Positions 29,007 to 38,570 of a stretch of DNA of 64,000 nt are shown in pieces. The notes under the pieces are model-generated. The model ran no database searches. It saw only the letters and a list, made by a program, of their open reading frames with translations, and had not been told where the DNA came from. The stretch is from IMG/VR virus record IMGVR_UViG_3300044633_000521. One strand, written 5' to 3'. The position numbers and the translations under genes were made by a program. The stretch's first letter is position 1; the number at the start of each line of letters is the position of its first letter. This DNA is from a virus.

Positions 29007-29960
29007 ATGGGACGTCCTATTAAGAAAAAGTTTTTTGGTTCAGATAATGTTAATGACAGTCTAACCTACAGTGATGCTGGTGGTGAAGGTCTATCAAGCA
29101 TTACATTAACAAATCGTGGTTCAGCTTATTCACAAGGTTTAACGGCTACAGTAGCAGTTAGTCCAATTGGTGGCACTCGCGCTACAATTACTGTTGGTAT
29201 AAGTACAGCCAATGGTCGTATTGACACAACATCAATCACTGAAGCAGGCACAGGCTATACAACAGCACCTGTTATTAGTTTAGTTAAACCAGGTAACGTT
29301 GTAGTTACTGGTACAACAGCATATCCAGCAAACGCTAACGTTACAGTTTCAAGCGTGGCAGGGTTATATGTTGGTATGACTGCTAATACAGGATTCACAG
29401 CAGGTACAACAATTGTAGCAATTGAACAATACGGTACAGGCGTTGTTACAATGAGTGCCACAAACAATGCGGCTAAATCTGCAGCAGGTATTACATTCTG
29501 GGATAACGGTGTAAGCGGTAGTTTAACAGCAGTTCGCGCTAGTGTAATTACTACTGCTAACACAATCCAAGCTAACGCATGGACAACTAACGGCACTATC
29601 GGCTCACAAGCAGACATTGTATCACAACGTAGTTCACGTCGTTACAGAGTTACTAATACTGACGGTACTGCGGTAGTTCGTTTAGTTCCAACAGGGGTTA
29701 ATGGTGTTAATAGTCCAACAGTAGCGCAAGTTATTGCTGCAGGTGGCCCAACAGCCGCAGGTGAAATGACATTACTTGCTACAGACAGTGATGGTGGAGT
29801 TTACTTAGTTGGTAAATTAGAATCACGTACTGCTCTATTATTCCCAGCTGCAATTGGTGGTACCGCAGGTGTACAGTTTACTGCAAACAGCCATGCTAGA
29901 TGGACTTCAACCGGTGCTGCAGTAGCAGGCACAACAGTTAAAATTTCATCAAACGACTAA
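29007..29960 (+). CDS. Virion structural protein (Thr/Gly/Ala-rich, possible head decoration)
   Basis: Late box at 28922, strong SD, own terminator, GTGYTTAP-type beta repeats. Confidence 0.6.
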   Translation: MGRPIKKKFFGSDNVNDSLTYSDAGGEGLSSITLTNRGSAYSQGLTATVAVSPIGGTRATITVGISTANGRIDTTSITEAGTGYTTAPVISLVKPGNVVVTGTTAYPANANVTVSSVAGLYVGMTANTGFTAGTTIVAIEQYGTGVVTMSATNNAAKSAAGITFWDNGVSGSLTAVRASVITTANTIQANAWTTNGTIGSQADIVSQRSSRRYRVTNTDGTAVVRLVPTGVNGVNSPTVAQVIAAGGPTAAGEMTLLATDSDGGVYLVGKLESRTALLFPAAIGGTAGVQFTANSHARWTSTGAAVAGTTVKISSND

Positions 29961-29973
29961 TTTTAGTCAAAGT

Positions 29974-30004
29974 AAAAATAGCACCTTTGGGTGCTATTTT
30001 TTTT
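29974..30004 (+). terminator. Intrinsic terminator
   Basis: AAAAATAGCACC-TTTG-GGTGCTATTTTTTTT. Confidence 0.9.
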
Positions 30005-30056
30005 GAATACACACTTCAGACATATAGCATAAATAATAAAAACTGGATAAATTAGA

Positions 30057-30605
30057 ATGGCAACAGTTAAAAAACTTAATTCATCATATACAATCGATAC
30101 TACCGACGTATATCTTACTGGTAATTTACACGTTAAAGGTGTATACGATACAACCACAGTAACTAATACAAATGTAGAGGATAGAGACATCACCCTTAAT
30201 GCTGGTGAAACAGCAGCAGGGGTTGGTGGCGCTAGCCCGGTCGACGCTCATCTTTATATAGATAGAGGTACACTCGGCAACGCAGCCATTCGATGGAATG
30301 AAACATCGGACTCTTGGGAAATTTCTAGCAACATCGACGTGGGCTACAGTGCCTTAACTGGTGGCGGAATTTCAGAGGTAGTACAAGATACTAGTCCGCA
30401 ACTAGGCGGCAACTTAGAAACAAATAGTTTTAATATTCAATTTAATGCTCCTACTTACCTACCAACAGGTGTTACAGGTAAAGTTAATCTATATAGCGGT
30501 TCAGTCAGCGGTGGCCAAAGTGGATTATATGTAGTGAACGAAGTAGTAGCGAACCAGGAATTAATTACAAAAACTAGGGCATTTGGTCTCAGTTTAATTT
30601 TATAG
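30057..30605 (+). CDS. Virion structural / fibre-associated protein
   Basis: VEDRDITLN...IDRG...IRWNE module also present in the large fibre proteins; late box at 30030. Confidence 0.6.
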   Translation: MATVKKLNSSYTIDTTDVYLTGNLHVKGVYDTTTVTNTNVEDRDITLNAGETAAGVGGASPVDAHLYIDRGTLGNAAIRWNETSDSWEISSNIDVGYSALTGGGISEVVQDTSPQLGGNLETNSFNIQFNAPTYLPTGVTGKVNLYSGSVSGGQSGLYVVNEVVANQELITKTRAFGLSLIL

Positions 30606-30614
30606 GAATAAACC

Positions 30615-30926
30615 ATGTCAGTAAGAAATACAACATTATCAACATCCCCAGCAAATATCTATGCTAGTTCAGGTAATACAGTAGTATCAACAATGTACTT
30701 TTGTAATACTGACGCGACAGCTAGAAATCTTTCGCTATGGGTTATTCCAGCACCGGGGCTAGCAGCTAATGCTACGGTGATAGTATATAACAATGTACAA
30801 ATTGCCAGCGGTGACACATTTGTAGTAGACATGGAAAAATTAGTATTAGGTCACGATGACCAAATTAAAGCTAATATCGATTCTGGAACATCAGTTACTG
30901 CTACAGTAAGCTACGTGGGAATCTAA
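30615..30926 (+). CDS. Small virion structural protein
   Basis: 103 aa, beta-rich, AGGA SD, in a late operon. Confidence 0.55.
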   Translation: MSVRNTTLSTSPANIYASSGNTVVSTMYFCNTDATARNLSLWVIPAPGLAANATVIVYNNVQIASGDTFVVDMEKLVLGHDDQIKANIDSGTSVTATVSYVGI

Positions 30927-30927
30927 T

Positions 30928-31359
30928 ATGGGACACATGCTAAAGAACACAGTTATTAAAACTGGCAGTTATGCGATAGGGTTACCTAACAAAGGTTCGT
31001 CAACAATTACTCCTGATCATGCGGTAGCTGGCCAAGTTCGATGGAATTCTAGTACAAGTAAATTAGAATACACACCAAACGGATCAACGTGGCAAGCAGT
31101 GGCACGCGAAGGTGTATCTAATATATTTGTGGATAACAGTGCTATAGGTGATGGCGCTAACACGGTTATCAATTCAATGACAGTTAGCTACGCTGCCGGC
31201 CGCGAAGCAGAGGTATTAGTTCATGTAGGTACAGTATATCAGATACCGTCTACTAACTATGAGTTTTTAGGTAACACTGCTATTAAATTTTCAAGTGCAC
31301 CTAGTCCAGGGGCAGCTATAACAATCGTTCATAATTATGGTAATACGATAGTCAATTAG
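30928..31359 (+). CDS. Fibre-associated structural protein
   Basis: Shares GQVRWN...LEY and GTVYQIP..Y...I.F..AP modules with the 1406-aa and 1845-aa proteins. Confidence 0.55.
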   Translation: MGHMLKNTVIKTGSYAIGLPNKGSSTITPDHAVAGQVRWNSSTSKLEYTPNGSTWQAVAREGVSNIFVDNSAIGDGANTVINSMTVSYAAGREAEVLVHVGTVYQIPSTNYEFLGNTAIKFSSAPSPGAAITIVHNYGNTIVN

Positions 31360-31391
31360 TCCTCAGATAAATATTAAAAGAGGACCAATAA

Positions 31392-34300
31392 ATGGCAATT
31401 AGTCGTGTTCCGGGATATTCACTATTACCCGATCTAGATAGACAAGGCATAGATCTACAGTTTACCACGACTGGTAATGCCCTAGTCTACATGGACTTTG
31501 CCAATTTCCGTTTAGGCGTTAACACAGAGTCCCCATCACAAGAATTAGAAGTTGCTGGTAATATATTAATTACCAGTGGTGACTTACTAACATCCGGCAA
31601 TCTATTACACAACATAGGCAGTCCCGCCAATTGGTGGAATACTGTATACGCAAACAGTATAGTTGCTGGCAGCTTTGTGTCAACAACTTTATCAGGTGTT
31701 CTGTTAACCAACGCACAACCAAACATAACTAGCTTAGGTTCATTGATATCATTGGATGTAAGCGGCAATGTAATAGTATCGGGTCAACTATTGCCGGCAT
31801 CAAATGCCTCTGGTTCGATAGGCAATACTAGTTTATGGTGGAATACTTTGTATGCTAATACGATCACTGCCTTAAATATCAATGGAACAGTATTAACTTC
31901 AAATCAACCCTATATCAGCAACCTTGGTAATATTAATGTTGATAGTATCACCATTGGTGGAAATATTTCTATCACAGGTAATACTAACGGCGGTGTTATT
32001 AATGCTGACGAATTGTACGAAGCAAACTATCGAGTTTTAACAGCTAATTCAATCATTTCAGTTAACGGCGACGCAGTCGGGACAGGCACATATACTAATG
32101 TTTATGTAGCACTGAGCAGTACTGGCGTATTGGCAGGAACCTACGGGTCAAACACAAATATAGCTCAATTAGCAGTTGACTCTGCCGGTAGAATAACTTC
32201 GGCTAATAATTTAACTCTTGAGCAAGTTGGAAATCTAAGTGTAGTTGGTACCACAATCACGCCACTCAGCGGAGATTTAAATATTGGTAGTAATGTTAAC
32301 AGTATAGCAGTTACTAATTCAATAACATCTAATATTATTATCGCAAATCAAATTTCTGCGTCAAGTATAGATGTATTAGGTGCTGAAATATTAACTAGTA
32401 ACAGCAACATTATTGTTAACGGCGATGTTGTTGGGTATGGCGCAAACAGTAATGTTTATGTTGGGTTAACGACCACTGGTGTGACAGCAGGCACCTACGG
32501 TAGCAGTGGCACTATTCCGCAAATTGTTGTTGACGACAAAGGACGGGTAACCTACGCAGCTAACTTGGCTATCTCTAGCACCATCGGTAACTTAACAGTG
32601 TCTAATACAACTATATCGTCAGGAACGGGCATGACGTTTACTGCCTCTAACGGAAACATTGTACTTGATGCACAAGGAACAGGCGTAGTACAGATTATAG
32701 GTTCCGACGCTATCGGTATTCCAGCAGGTGATACTGCTAGCCGCCCAGGGTATCCTGAAATAGGTTATACACGCTTTAATACAGAAGCAGGTAGTATCGA
32801 ATACTGGGACGGAACTGATTGGGCTGTACCTGGATTTTCAACAGTAACCAGCGAAACTATAAATCCAGACGGTAGTGCTAACACATTTGTCCTAAGTTCA
32901 AATACAACCACTTACGGCGTATTCGTTAGCATTAACGGTACAGTACAACAACCAGTAACCGCATATAACGTCCACGACGATAACCAAATAACATTTACTG
33001 AAGTACCGCACGACACAGACGTAATTGAAGTTCGCCACTTTGCAGCAGGTGTAACTGTTACTGCTCTACAATACGGTAATACTAAAGTACAAGCTACTGC
33101 TACTGATGTTGAAATAACAGGAAATTTAGTTCCAGTAGCTAATGTTACCTACGATCTAGGTAGCCCAACTCATTGGTGGAAGGATTTGTACTTAAGTGGT
33201 AATTCTATCTATCTCGGTGGGATGGCAATTACAAATAATAATGGAGTATTAACATCTACAGTCAACGGTAACTTAACAGTGCTACAATCAGCTGACCCGA
33301 CATTGGCACAGGATGTTGTTACACTAAATTATTTACAAACACAATTAAGTGGGATTGATACTACTGTTATTCAAGCAGATGATTCTAGCATACAAATTAT
33401 AGACAGCGGTACTAGTGCTGGTAATATTGTTATTGCGGTTGATGGATCAAATATTGCTACAATTGGTGCTAACGCAGTATCTATTACACGCACTGTTGAA
33501 GTTAACGGAAACATATCAGCAAACAACTTTAACTATGCTAACGGTGTGAGTATATTAGATGCGGTGTACAGCAACGCCGCAGTTCAGTCAGGTGCTATCG
33601 CCAGCGCAACAACAGCCATCACCACAGCTAATACTGCTATGAAAGGCTATGTTGACGGACAACTGTCGACAGCTAATACCGCAATGAAAGGATATGTTGA
33701 TGGTCAAGTATCAACATTAACATCAAATGCCGCAGCACAGGCCGGTACACTAGCAACTATACAAAGTACCTATGCGCAATTGGCAGGAGCAACATTCACA
33801 GGTGCTGTAGTTGCACCAAACATAACGCTGACGGCGGCATTAGCAATAACGTCGGGCGGTACAGGAGCAACGAGCTCAAGTGAAGCGTTAAACAATCTAT
33901 TTCCAAGCGGTGAAACCAGTGGATATGTATTAAAAACATCTGGACCGGGTAGTTATTATTGGGCTGCTGAATCAGGTGCTAGTAGCACGGTAGGTACTAC
34001 AATTAGTACTAGCCGTACTTATAAAACAGCTACAGCAGGACAAACAGTATTTACAGGATTAGGCACCTATACACCCGGGGCAGGACAATTACGCATATAT
34101 ATCAACGGTGTTAGACAGTTTGACAGTGCTTATACAGAAACTAACAGCTCGGCTGTTACATTATCGACTGGGGTAAGTTCTGGTACAGTATTATTGGCTG
34201 AAGTCGATGCCTATACTGACTTTACATCATATGCCAGTGATGTAGTGTTTAGTAATGTTGGCGGAATATCGGCTACTAATGTACAAGATGCCTTAGCAGA

Positions 34301-35612
34301 ATTAGATACTGAAAAAGCTGCACTTACAGGAGCATCATTTACGGGCAATGTAACTACTACTGGCAATGTATCTATAACTAGCACGTTGCGTAGTAGTTCA
34401 AGTTCAACGGGCGCACTAGTAGTAACTGGTGGTGTAGGCATAGGCGGTAACTTATACATTGGCGGAAACTTACAGGTTGCAGGTAATGTAACATATTTTG
34501 ACAGTAACAACGTTACATTCAACGATGCTATGATTTACCTAGCCGATGATAACACCGGTGATGTATTAGATATTGGGTTTATTAGTTCGTTTACTAATCC
34601 TAGTTATCAACATACTGGATTTGTTCGTGATGCTACAGATGGCGTTTGGAAACTATTTGCTAATGTAGTAGGAGAACCTACTACAACAGTTGACTTTACT
34701 AATGCTAACTACAGTAACTTACGTATCGGTAACCTAACATCAGTTGGTGGAACATTTACAGGTAATGTAAGTGCAGGTAACCTAAGTGCTACTAATTTAA
34801 CTGGAACACTAACAACTGCAGCACAGACTAACATTACCAGTGTTGGCACATTAACTGGTTTAACAGTAAGTGGTGCTCCTGTACCTAATGCCAACGTAAG
34901 CGTAAACTTAGGTAGCACATCAGCTTGGTGGAGTACATTCTATGCTAATACCTACGTTGGTAGAACAGCAACCTTTACAGGTAATATCACAGCCGGCAAT
35001 GTGAGTGCTACAAATTTAGCTGGAGCAATTACTTCTAGTCAAGTTACTACTGCACTAGGATTTACACCATATAATGCAACTAATCCAAGTGGATACTTAT
35101 CAACAGCAGTGACCAGTGCAGTGGCTGGCACAGGAGTTAGTGTAAGTGCAGGCACAGGAGCAGTTACGTTTAGTATTGGACAAGCAGTAGCTACATCGTC
35201 TAGTGTACAGTTCGGCAGTTTAGGAGTAGGTACAGCCGCAAGTGGAACCACTGGTGAAATACGTGCTACAAACAACATTACTGCTTACTACAGTTCAGAC
35301 TCACGCTTAAAAGAAAATGTGCGTGACATACCCGACGCACTAGATAAAGTTACTGCCATTGGTGGTAAACTATTTGATTGGACTGATGAATACATTGCCG
35401 ATCACGGTGGCCTAGATGACTATTTTATGCGTAAAGCAGACTTTGGTGTTATAGCACAAGATGTTGCGCAGGTATTACCTGAAGCAGTGCGCACCCGTGA
35501 TGATGGCTATCTAGCAGTTGACTATGAAAAAATGTGCGCCCTAGCGTTTGCGGCTATTAAAGAACTACAACAACAGGTCCAATTGCTAGAGCAACAAATA
35601 AAGGGCAAGTAA
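31392..35612 (+). CDS. Long tail fibre with C-terminal intramolecular chaperone (peptidase S74-type)
   Basis: Repetitive G/N/T/S-rich body; SDSRLKENV...GVIAQDV..VLPEAV...VDYEK...AIKEL followed by a coiled coil. Confidence 0.85.
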   Translation: MAISRVPGYSLLPDLDRQGIDLQFTTTGNALVYMDFANFRLGVNTESPSQELEVAGNILITSGDLLTSGNLLHNIGSPANWWNTVYANSIVAGSFVSTTLSGVLLTNAQPNITSLGSLISLDVSGNVIVSGQLLPASNASGSIGNTSLWWNTLYANTITALNINGTVLTSNQPYISNLGNINVDSITIGGNISITGNTNGGVINADELYEANYRVLTANSIISVNGDAVGTGTYTNVYVALSSTGVLAGTYGSNTNIAQLAVDSAGRITSANNLTLEQVGNLSVVGTTITPLSGDLNIGSNVNSIAVTNSITSNIIIANQISASSIDVLGAEILTSNSNIIVNGDVVGYGANSNVYVGLTTTGVTAGTYGSSGTIPQIVVDDKGRVTYAANLAISSTIGNLTVSNTTISSGTGMTFTASNGNIVLDAQGTGVVQIIGSDAIGIPAGDTASRPGYPEIGYTRFNTEAGSIEYWDGTDWAVPGFSTVTSETINPDGSANTFVLSSNTTTYGVFVSINGTVQQPVTAYNVHDDNQITFTEVPHDTDVIEVRHFAAGVTVTALQYGNTKVQATATDVEITGNLVPVANVTYDLGSPTHWWKDLYLSGNSIYLGGMAITNNNGVLTSTVNGNLTVLQSADPTLAQDVVTLNYLQTQLSGIDTTVIQADDSSIQIIDSGTSAGNIVIAVDGSNIATIGANAVSITRTVEVNGNISANNFNYANGVSILDAVYSNAAVQSGAIASATTAITTANTAMKGYVDGQLSTANTAMKGYVDGQVSTLTSNAAAQAGTLATIQSTYAQLAGATFTGAVVAPNITLTAALAITSGGTGATSSSEALNNLFPSGETSGYVLKTSGPGSYYWAAESGASSTVGTTISTSRTYKTATAGQTVFTGLGTYTPGAGQLRIYINGVRQFDSAYTETNSSAVTLSTGVSSGTVLLAEVDAYTDFTSYASDVVFSNVGGISATNVQDALAELDTEKAALTGASFTGNVTTTGNVSITSTLRSSSSSTGALVVTGGVGIGGNLYIGGNLQVAGNVTYFDSNNVTFNDAMIYLADDNTGDVLDIGFISSFTNPSYQHTGFVRDATDGVWKLFANVVGEPTTTVDFTNANYSNLRIGNLTSVGGTFTGNVSAGNLSATNLTGTLTTAAQTNITSVGTLTGLTVSGAPVPNANVSVNLGSTSAWWSTFYANTYVGRTATFTGNITAGNVSATNLAGAITSSQVTTALGFTPYNATNPSGYLSTAVTSAVAGTGVSVSAGTGAVTFSIGQAVATSSSVQFGSLGVGTAASGTTGEIRATNNITAYYSSDSRLKENVRDIPDALDKVTAIGGKLFDWTDEYIADHGGLDDYFMRKADFGVIAQDVAQVLPEAVRTRDDGYLAVDYEKMCALAFAAIKELQQQVQLLEQQIKGK

Positions 35613-35613
35613 C

Positions 35614-36513
35614 ATGGCCTTACCAGCAAGCGGTGCGATATCATTTAACGCAATCAACGTAGAACTTGGCTTAACCGCCACAGCACAGATATCATTAAAT
35701 GACTCAGCTGTGCGTACATTGTTTGGAGTGGCTAGTGGTGCTATAGCTATGAACGTTGGCTATGGTAAAGCAAATCGTGTAGCAAGAACAATTACTATAG
35801 CGTCAAATACAGCAAATTACACCCTTAATACAGCCGCAGTTTCTGGTTATTCTGCAGGTTTAACTGATATTACATTGGCGATTTCTTCCGGAGTAACACT
35901 AACTGGATTAACTATTGCTGCATTTGCTTCTGGTGACACTGTCCGCATTAACAATAGAGGCACAATTGTTGGAACAGCTGGTACAGGTGGTACTGCTGGA
36001 GCTGGCGGATTACCAGCGAACTCGGCCGTTACCGGTAAACCCGGTGGTACCGGCGGCAACGGTGGTGCTGGTGGTACAGCAATAACCCTGAATTATTCAG
36101 TTTCGATAGATAACACCGGAGCTACTATTATTGCCGGCGGCGGCGGCGGCGGTGGTGGTGGTGGCGGGGGTGGCGGCGCTGGCAATACAGATACTGGAAA
36201 TTATTCCGGCGTGGCCGGTGCGGTGCCTACAGGTAATGGTGGTCGTGGTGGTACGGGTGGTAACAGTATTAATGTTATAAACCGAGATCCAGTTGGTTTA
36301 GCTGGAGCACCCGGAGCAGTTGGCGGAGTAGGAGTAGCCGGGCTAGCAGGTAATAATGGAACTGCCGGAGGTCGAGGAGCCAACAGTATCTCAGTAACAG
36401 GTGGGGCAGGTGGAGCAGCCGGTACTGGTGGCGCAGTAGGTAAAGCTATTACGCTAAATGGGCGCACAGCAACCTTCATAGTAAACGGAACAGTTACTGG
36501 GGTAATAAGTTAA
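35614..36513 (+). CDS. Glycine-rich fibre-tip/adhesin-like protein (gp38-like)
   Basis: Directly after the S74 fibre; INNRGTIVG and IIAGGGGGGG polyglycine motifs. Confidence 0.65.
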   Translation: MALPASGAISFNAINVELGLTATAQISLNDSAVRTLFGVASGAIAMNVGYGKANRVARTITIASNTANYTLNTAAVSGYSAGLTDITLAISSGVTLTGLTIAAFASGDTVRINNRGTIVGTAGTGGTAGAGGLPANSAVTGKPGGTGGNGGAGGTAITLNYSVSIDNTGATIIAGGGGGGGGGGGGGGAGNTDTGNYSGVAGAVPTGNGGRGGTGGNSINVINRDPVGLAGAPGAVGGVGVAGLAGNNGTAGGRGANSISVTGGAGGAAGTGGAVGKAITLNGRTATFIVNGTVTGVIS

Positions 36514-36536
36514 ATACACTATAACAGAGAATTAAT

Positions 36537-37337
36537 ATGGCATTAACACAGGTAACACCAGACGTATTACATAACACACAAGGCAATATTACCACCGTAG
36601 GTACCTTAGGTAATCTAACAGTCTCGGGTAATATCTCCAGTACAAACTACAACTACGCAAATGGTGTTAGCATAACAACTCCAATTACTAGTGCCATAGC
36701 AACTCTTACAAGCAATGCCGCAGTACAAGCTGGCGCAATAGCCAGCAAAGCAAACTCAACAGATGTGCTATATGTTGGAACAACATCGATAGCATTAAAT
36801 CGTACATCAGCCGGACAAACACTATCGGGTGTAAATATTGACGGCTCGGCTAGTTATGCGTCTAGCGCAGGATCAGCAAGTTACGCTTCTAGTGCTGGAT
36901 CAGCATCTACTGCTGGATCAGCATCGACTGCTGACTATGCTACTAGCGCGGGATCAGCATCTACTGCTGGTTCAGCTACAACAGCCACAAAACTAACATC
37001 CGCTTCGGGTAGTGCGCCGTCGTATTCAGCTAGAGCGTTTGTTAACTTTAACGGACAAGGTACAGTGGCAATAAGAGCAAGTCAAAATGTCAGTTCTATC
37101 ACTGATAACGGTACTGGTAGGTATGTAGTAAACTTCATTACAGCAATGTCTTCTACTACCTATACCTGCGTGGGCTGTTGTTCGGCAATTCCCGGGCGAG
37201 GACAAGCTGCCCTTATGCCAAATGAGATATCAAATTATTTAACTGATCCTACTACCACTGCTCAAGCGATATTTACCTGTCATGACCAAGGCGGCGTGAT
37301 GGATGCAGCCTGGGTTATGGTATCTATTTTTGAGTAA
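36537..37337 (+). CDS. Short tail fibre-like protein
   Basis: SAGSAS tandem repeats; C-terminal ARAFVNFNG...NVSSITDNGTGRY.VNF domain. Confidence 0.65.
   Translation: MALTQVTPDVLHNTQGNITTVGTLGNLTVSGNISSTNYNYANGVSITTPITSAIATLTSNAAVQAGAIASKANSTDVLYVGTTSIALNRTSAGQTLSGVNIDGSASYASSAGSASYASSAGSASTAGSASTADYATSAGSASTAGSATTATKLTSASGSAPSYSARAFVNFNGQGTVAIRASQNVSSITDNGTGRYVVNFITAMSSTTYTCVGCCSAIPGRGQAALMPNEISNYLTDPTTTAQAIFTCHDQGGVMDAAWVMVSIFE
36845..36980 (+). repeat. Coding tandem repeat (SASYASSAG / SASTAG units)
   Basis: Repeated ggatcagcatctactgct-like 18/27-nt units. Confidence 0.8.
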
Positions 37338-37346
37338 GGATAAAAT

Positions 37347-37541
37347 ATGAAAAGAATTATATATAAAAAAGAAGACGGCGGAGTAGCAATACTAGTTCCT
37401 ACTGCTGAATATTTAGCCACACATACAATAGAAGAACTAGCAGCTAAAGATGTGCCCGCCGGCGCAGAGTACAAAATTGTAGAAGAATCAGACATACCTT
37501 CAGATAGAACATTTAGAGATGCTTGGGAGTATACAGCATGA
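37347..37541 (+). CDS. Small tail fibre assembly-like protein
   Basis: KDVPAG..YKIV...IPSDRTFRDAW motif; follows a fibre gene. Confidence 0.55.
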   Translation: MKRIIYKKEDGGVAILVPTAEYLATHTIEELAAKDVPAGAEYKIVEESDIPSDRTFRDAWEYTA

Positions 37542-37762
37542 TTACAATAAACTTTGCCAAAGCTCAAGAAATTACTAAAGCACGATTACGTGAAGAACGT
37601 GTGCCTTTATTAGCCGCACAAGATGTGGCATTTCAACGTGCGTTAGAAACAGGCGCTGATACTTCTGCTATTGTAGCTGAAAAAGAAAGATTACGTGACA
37701 TTACAAAATTAGCCGATACAGCAGAAACATTAGATGATCTAAAAGCAATCACAGTAATCTAA
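37538..37762 (+). CDS. Small tail fibre assembly chaperone-like protein
   Basis: LREERVPLL..QD...RLRDIT pattern; ATGA overlap at 37538. Confidence 0.55.
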   Translation: MITINFAKAQEITKARLREERVPLLAAQDVAFQRALETGADTSAIVAEKERLRDITKLADTAETLDDLKAITVI

Positions 37763-37836
37763 ACATACCACCAAACTCAAAAACTTCTCTCTCAGCCAAT
37801 CCTCTCAGTTAAATACTGTATCTTGGAGCACATGTA

Positions 37837-38439
37837 ATGTCAAACTATATTTTTACACCCCCGCCTGCTTTTGGTGTCGGCGAAGAACCTTTCGTAATGT
37901 GGGAAGGTGGATTCAACGACGAAGATGTTGCGAATATCATTAACATCGGCGAAGCAAGACCTGCTCAAGATGGTAATGTAGGCACTGCTGAAAATAATGA
38001 GTTAATTGAGGAAATTCGTAGATCAAAAATTTCCTGGATTGATCTACAAGCCGACAGCCAATGGCTCTATGATAGACTATCACATATAGCATCAACCCTA
38101 AATGGCCAATACTACAAGTACGACTTATATGGATTTCATGAGCATTTTCAATATACGGTCTATGATAGTACCAATCAAGATCACTATACTTGGCATCTTG
38201 ACAGTGGAACTAAATCAACTGCTCCTAGAAAATTCAGTTTAGTTTTACAGTTAAGTGACCCTAGCGAATACGAAGGCGGCGATTTAGAATTGTACTACAG
38301 TGCACAACCTACGCAGGTCCGCAAAGAAAAGGGACTAGTAGTAGCATTCCCTAGTTGTATGCTACACCGAGTAACACCAGTAACTAGTGGAATAAGAAAA
38401 ACCTTAGTTATGTGGTGTGTAGGACCTGCATTTCGCTAA
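37837..38439 (+). CDS. 2OG-Fe(II) oxygenase (prolyl-4-hydroxylase/PKHD-type)
   Basis: WHLD (HxD), YEGGDL, HRVTPVTSGIRKTLV.W; late box at 37810. Confidence 0.9.
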   Translation: MSNYIFTPPPAFGVGEEPFVMWEGGFNDEDVANIINIGEARPAQDGNVGTAENNELIEEIRRSKISWIDLQADSQWLYDRLSHIASTLNGQYYKYDLYGFHEHFQYTVYDSTNQDHYTWHLDSGTKSTAPRKFSLVLQLSDPSEYEGGDLELYYSAQPTQVRKEKGLVVAFPSCMLHRVTPVTSGIRKTLVMWCVGPAFR

Positions 38440-38570
38440 AATAGCACACATCATTTCTTGCCGCCTCAGCTAAATACATATAACAAACTGTGCCAGCTCA
38501 GGGGAATATGGAACCGCCGCTACCCAGTAGTATAAATTAACAATTATAATATGCGGAGTTTTAACCTAAA

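Noticed and set aside
36135-36180. GGC/GGT run as a contingency repeat or G-quadruplex
   Set aside because: Explained by the polyglycine tract of the adhesin-like protein.
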